Positions 62,420 to 64,000 of a stretch of 64,000 nt of DNA are shown here, one piece after another; the stretch's first letter is position 1, and each line of letters opens with the position of its first letter. The DNA is taken from positions 23,316-87,315 of IMG/VR virus record IMGVR_UViG_3300049926_000042, one strand, 5' to 3'. The translations under genes were made by a program, and so were the position numbers. A model generated the notes under the pieces. The model was given only the letters and a program-made list of their open reading frames with translations. It had not been told where the DNA came from and did not search any database. The DNA comes from a virus. Taxonomy: Duplodnaviria; Caudoviricetes.

Positions 62420-64000
62420 TTACTTCACCCAGGGCCAAGCTGCGTCACGGCCGGACGACAGCAGATCGATCATGGTGAACAGCTTGTCGCTGAAGCCCCC
62501 GATCTCGTACCGGTTGGGCTGGCTGGTGTCGATGCCGGAGGCCGCGTAGCCAGCGACGTCGACACCGAACAGCGGCACGTTGGCCGGGACCGAGTTGGAG
62601 ATCGTCGACCAGTACGCTCGGAAAGCTCCGTACTGGCCATCGTGCAGGATGACGACTCGATCGTGGCCGTCGTAATGCTTCTGGAGTGCGTACATGGTGT
62701 TGGTGCCGTGACCAACCTCCCCGACCCGCCCGATGATGTCCTGAGTCTGACGGAGGACGGATCCGCCGCTCTGGAGCGGGTGCTCGAACGATCCGTCGGC
62801 GAACCCGACCAGGTCGACGTCTGCACCCTTGGCAGCAAGAGTGACGCCGAACAGTGCGGAGACGTCGACTCGTGTGACCTGAGACTTGTCCGACAGGGTG
62901 TCCGTCATCGACGCCGACGTGTCGACCAGGACCAGGGTCCGGCCGGTCAAGATCGGAACGTTCTTGGTGGACAGCCCGAGCGCGACGTCCAGCGCGTGAC
63001 CCCAGCGGAGCGAAGGGGCGGAGCGGTACGCCGACAGGAACCGGTACGGGAACAGCCGGGAGTTGCGGATGGTCGGTTCATCCATCAGCCTGGCGCACAC
63101 CGAGTATGCGACGTTGTCGGAGACCCCGGCCTGATCGAAGTTGCGCAGATTCCGGATCAGAGCAAAGACTCCCATGTTCGGGATGATCGCCTCCCACACC
63201 CGGGCCTTGCCGATCTTGTCACCGACGGCGGACAGTACGTCCTCCCACGTCATACCCGCAGCCTTGAGAACCTCCGGATTCAGCCATGCCGACGTGGCGT
63301 CGGGAAGTGCCCGGAGGGACCGGTTGCCTTCGATCATCCGCAGGCTCGCGGGTACCGAGTCGGTGTGACCATGACGACGGTCCAGTGCGTACTTGAACAG
63401 ATCGCCCTGCCACGGACCGGCCAAGTGCTGTGCCGACCCCTTGGCGTCTCCCGGGTGAGTCAGGTCGAGGACGTCCGCGAACCGCACCGCGTGCGAGACG
63501 GTGTCGTACTTCAGCATGGAGAACTCGGTGTACAGCCGGATCGCCGCGTCACCCACGCCTCGCATGACGGGCATGGGGAGCTTCCGGCCGAACTTGCTCA
63601 TCCAGTAGCCCAGAAATTCTCCGGGCTCATCGGCACGCTGAAGCACAGCGTTGACGATCTTGCGGTTGATGCCGAACAGATCGGCTGCCAGACGGGAGTG
63701 AACTCCCTCGGCCGCCGCGACGATCGACGCGGAGCGCATGTTGGCTTCGTCGCGCAGCCAGGTCACGAATCCCAGGAACCAGTCGCCGTCCTCGACGGCG
63801 GCAGTGCGAGCCAGGAGAGTGAAGCGATCGTCACGGGTCTGCGCGTTCTCGTAGAACGTGTCCTCGCCGACCATGTTGGTCACGGCCAGCATGACCAGCG
63901 CCGACTTGGTGTCGCGCGTCCAGGCCTGGCCACCCTCGAAGGTGGTCGTCGGACCGGTCGTGGTGACCGGGCCGGGGGGGGGGGGGGGCGGGCCGGGCGG
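62420..64000 (-). CDS. TROVE-domain (Ro60/Rsr-like) RNA-binding protein with vWA domain, 5'-truncated
   Basis: The frame stays open to the window edge (TTFEGGQAWTRD..S.L..LAV); WLRDEANMRS, MFALIRNL-like MGVFALIRNLRN, SRLFPYRF and MIDAS LVDTSASM. Confidence 0.85.
   Translation of the reverse strand, partial: PPGPPPPPPGPVTTTGPTTTFEGGQAWTRDTKSALVMLAVTNMVGEDTFYENAQTRDDRFTLLARTAAVEDGDWFLGFVTWLRDEANMRSASIVAAAEGVHSRLAADLFGINRKIVNAVLQRADEPGEFLGYWMSKFGRKLPMPVMRGVGDAAIRLYTEFSMLKYDTVSHAVRFADVLDLTHPGDAKGSAQHLAGPWQGDLFKYALDRRHGHTDSVPASLRMIEGNRSLRALPDATSAWLNPEVLKAAGMTWEDVLSAVGDKIGKARVWEAIIPNMGVFALIRNLRNFDQAGVSDNVAYSVCARLMDEPTIRNSRLFPYRFLSAYRSAPSLRWGHALDVALGLSTKNVPILTGRTLVLVDTSASMTDTLSDKSQVTRVDVSALFGVTLAAKGADVDLVGFADGSFEHPLQSGGSVLRQTQDIIGRVGEVGHGTNTMYALQKHYDGHDRVVILHDGQYGAFRAYWSTISNSVPANVPLFGVDVAGYAASGIDTSQPNRYEIGGFSDKLFTMIDLLSSGRDAAWPWVK

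Noticed and set aside
63974-63988. G15 homopolymer in the 5' part of the TROVE gene as a phase-variation tract
   Set aside because: It lies 12 nt from the window end and turns a normally conserved N-terminus into poly-Pro. A sequencing or assembly artefact (poly-G no-signal reads) is more likely; raw reads are needed.
1-64000. Terminase, integrase/att site, DNA polymerase or genome termini
   Set aside because: No supporting motifs or terminal repeats were found; they probably lie outside the window, so lifestyle (temperate, plasmid-like or lytic) cannot be fixed from this sequence.

Overview
This window is most of a GC-rich tailed (siphovirus-like) actinobacteriophage or prophage genome. DUF397, WhiB, TraB/Spd and TROVE genes point to a filamentous actinomycete host such as Streptomyces or a relative; the host is inferred. 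The + strand arm (1-34.7 kb) carries, in order: a recombination module (RuvC-like end, SNF2 helicase fused to a Cas4-like nuclease, Sak4-like ATPase, DUF669 SSB); two ParB-like genes; accessory genes (MsrQ-like, secreted GH16, permuted papain amidase); a nucleotide-sugar/glycosyltransferase operon; a Streptomyces-plasmid-type conjugation block (SpdB-like, TraB, phased clt-like repeats); then a strong promoter, a structured leader and about 12 kb of small early-type genes interleaved with six tRNA or tRNA-like elements. The - strand arm (34.7-64 kb) is the virion module: TROVE/Ro60, membrane proteins, portal, 2H-MuF-protease fusion, capsid, major tail, neck, frameshifted tail chaperone, tape measure, minor tails, GH25 endolysin and a glycosyltransferase. 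No terminase, integrase, DNA polymerase or CRISPR array is visible. The best candidates for new biology are (1) a virion-encoding genome with an apparently intact TraB/Spd/clt conjugation system, (2) a set of tRNA-like RNAs with aberrant anticodon arms in a genome that encodes Ro60, and (3) a 115-bp intergenic element duplicated 38,030 bp apart. All protein family calls come from motif recognition by eye; no database searches were run.
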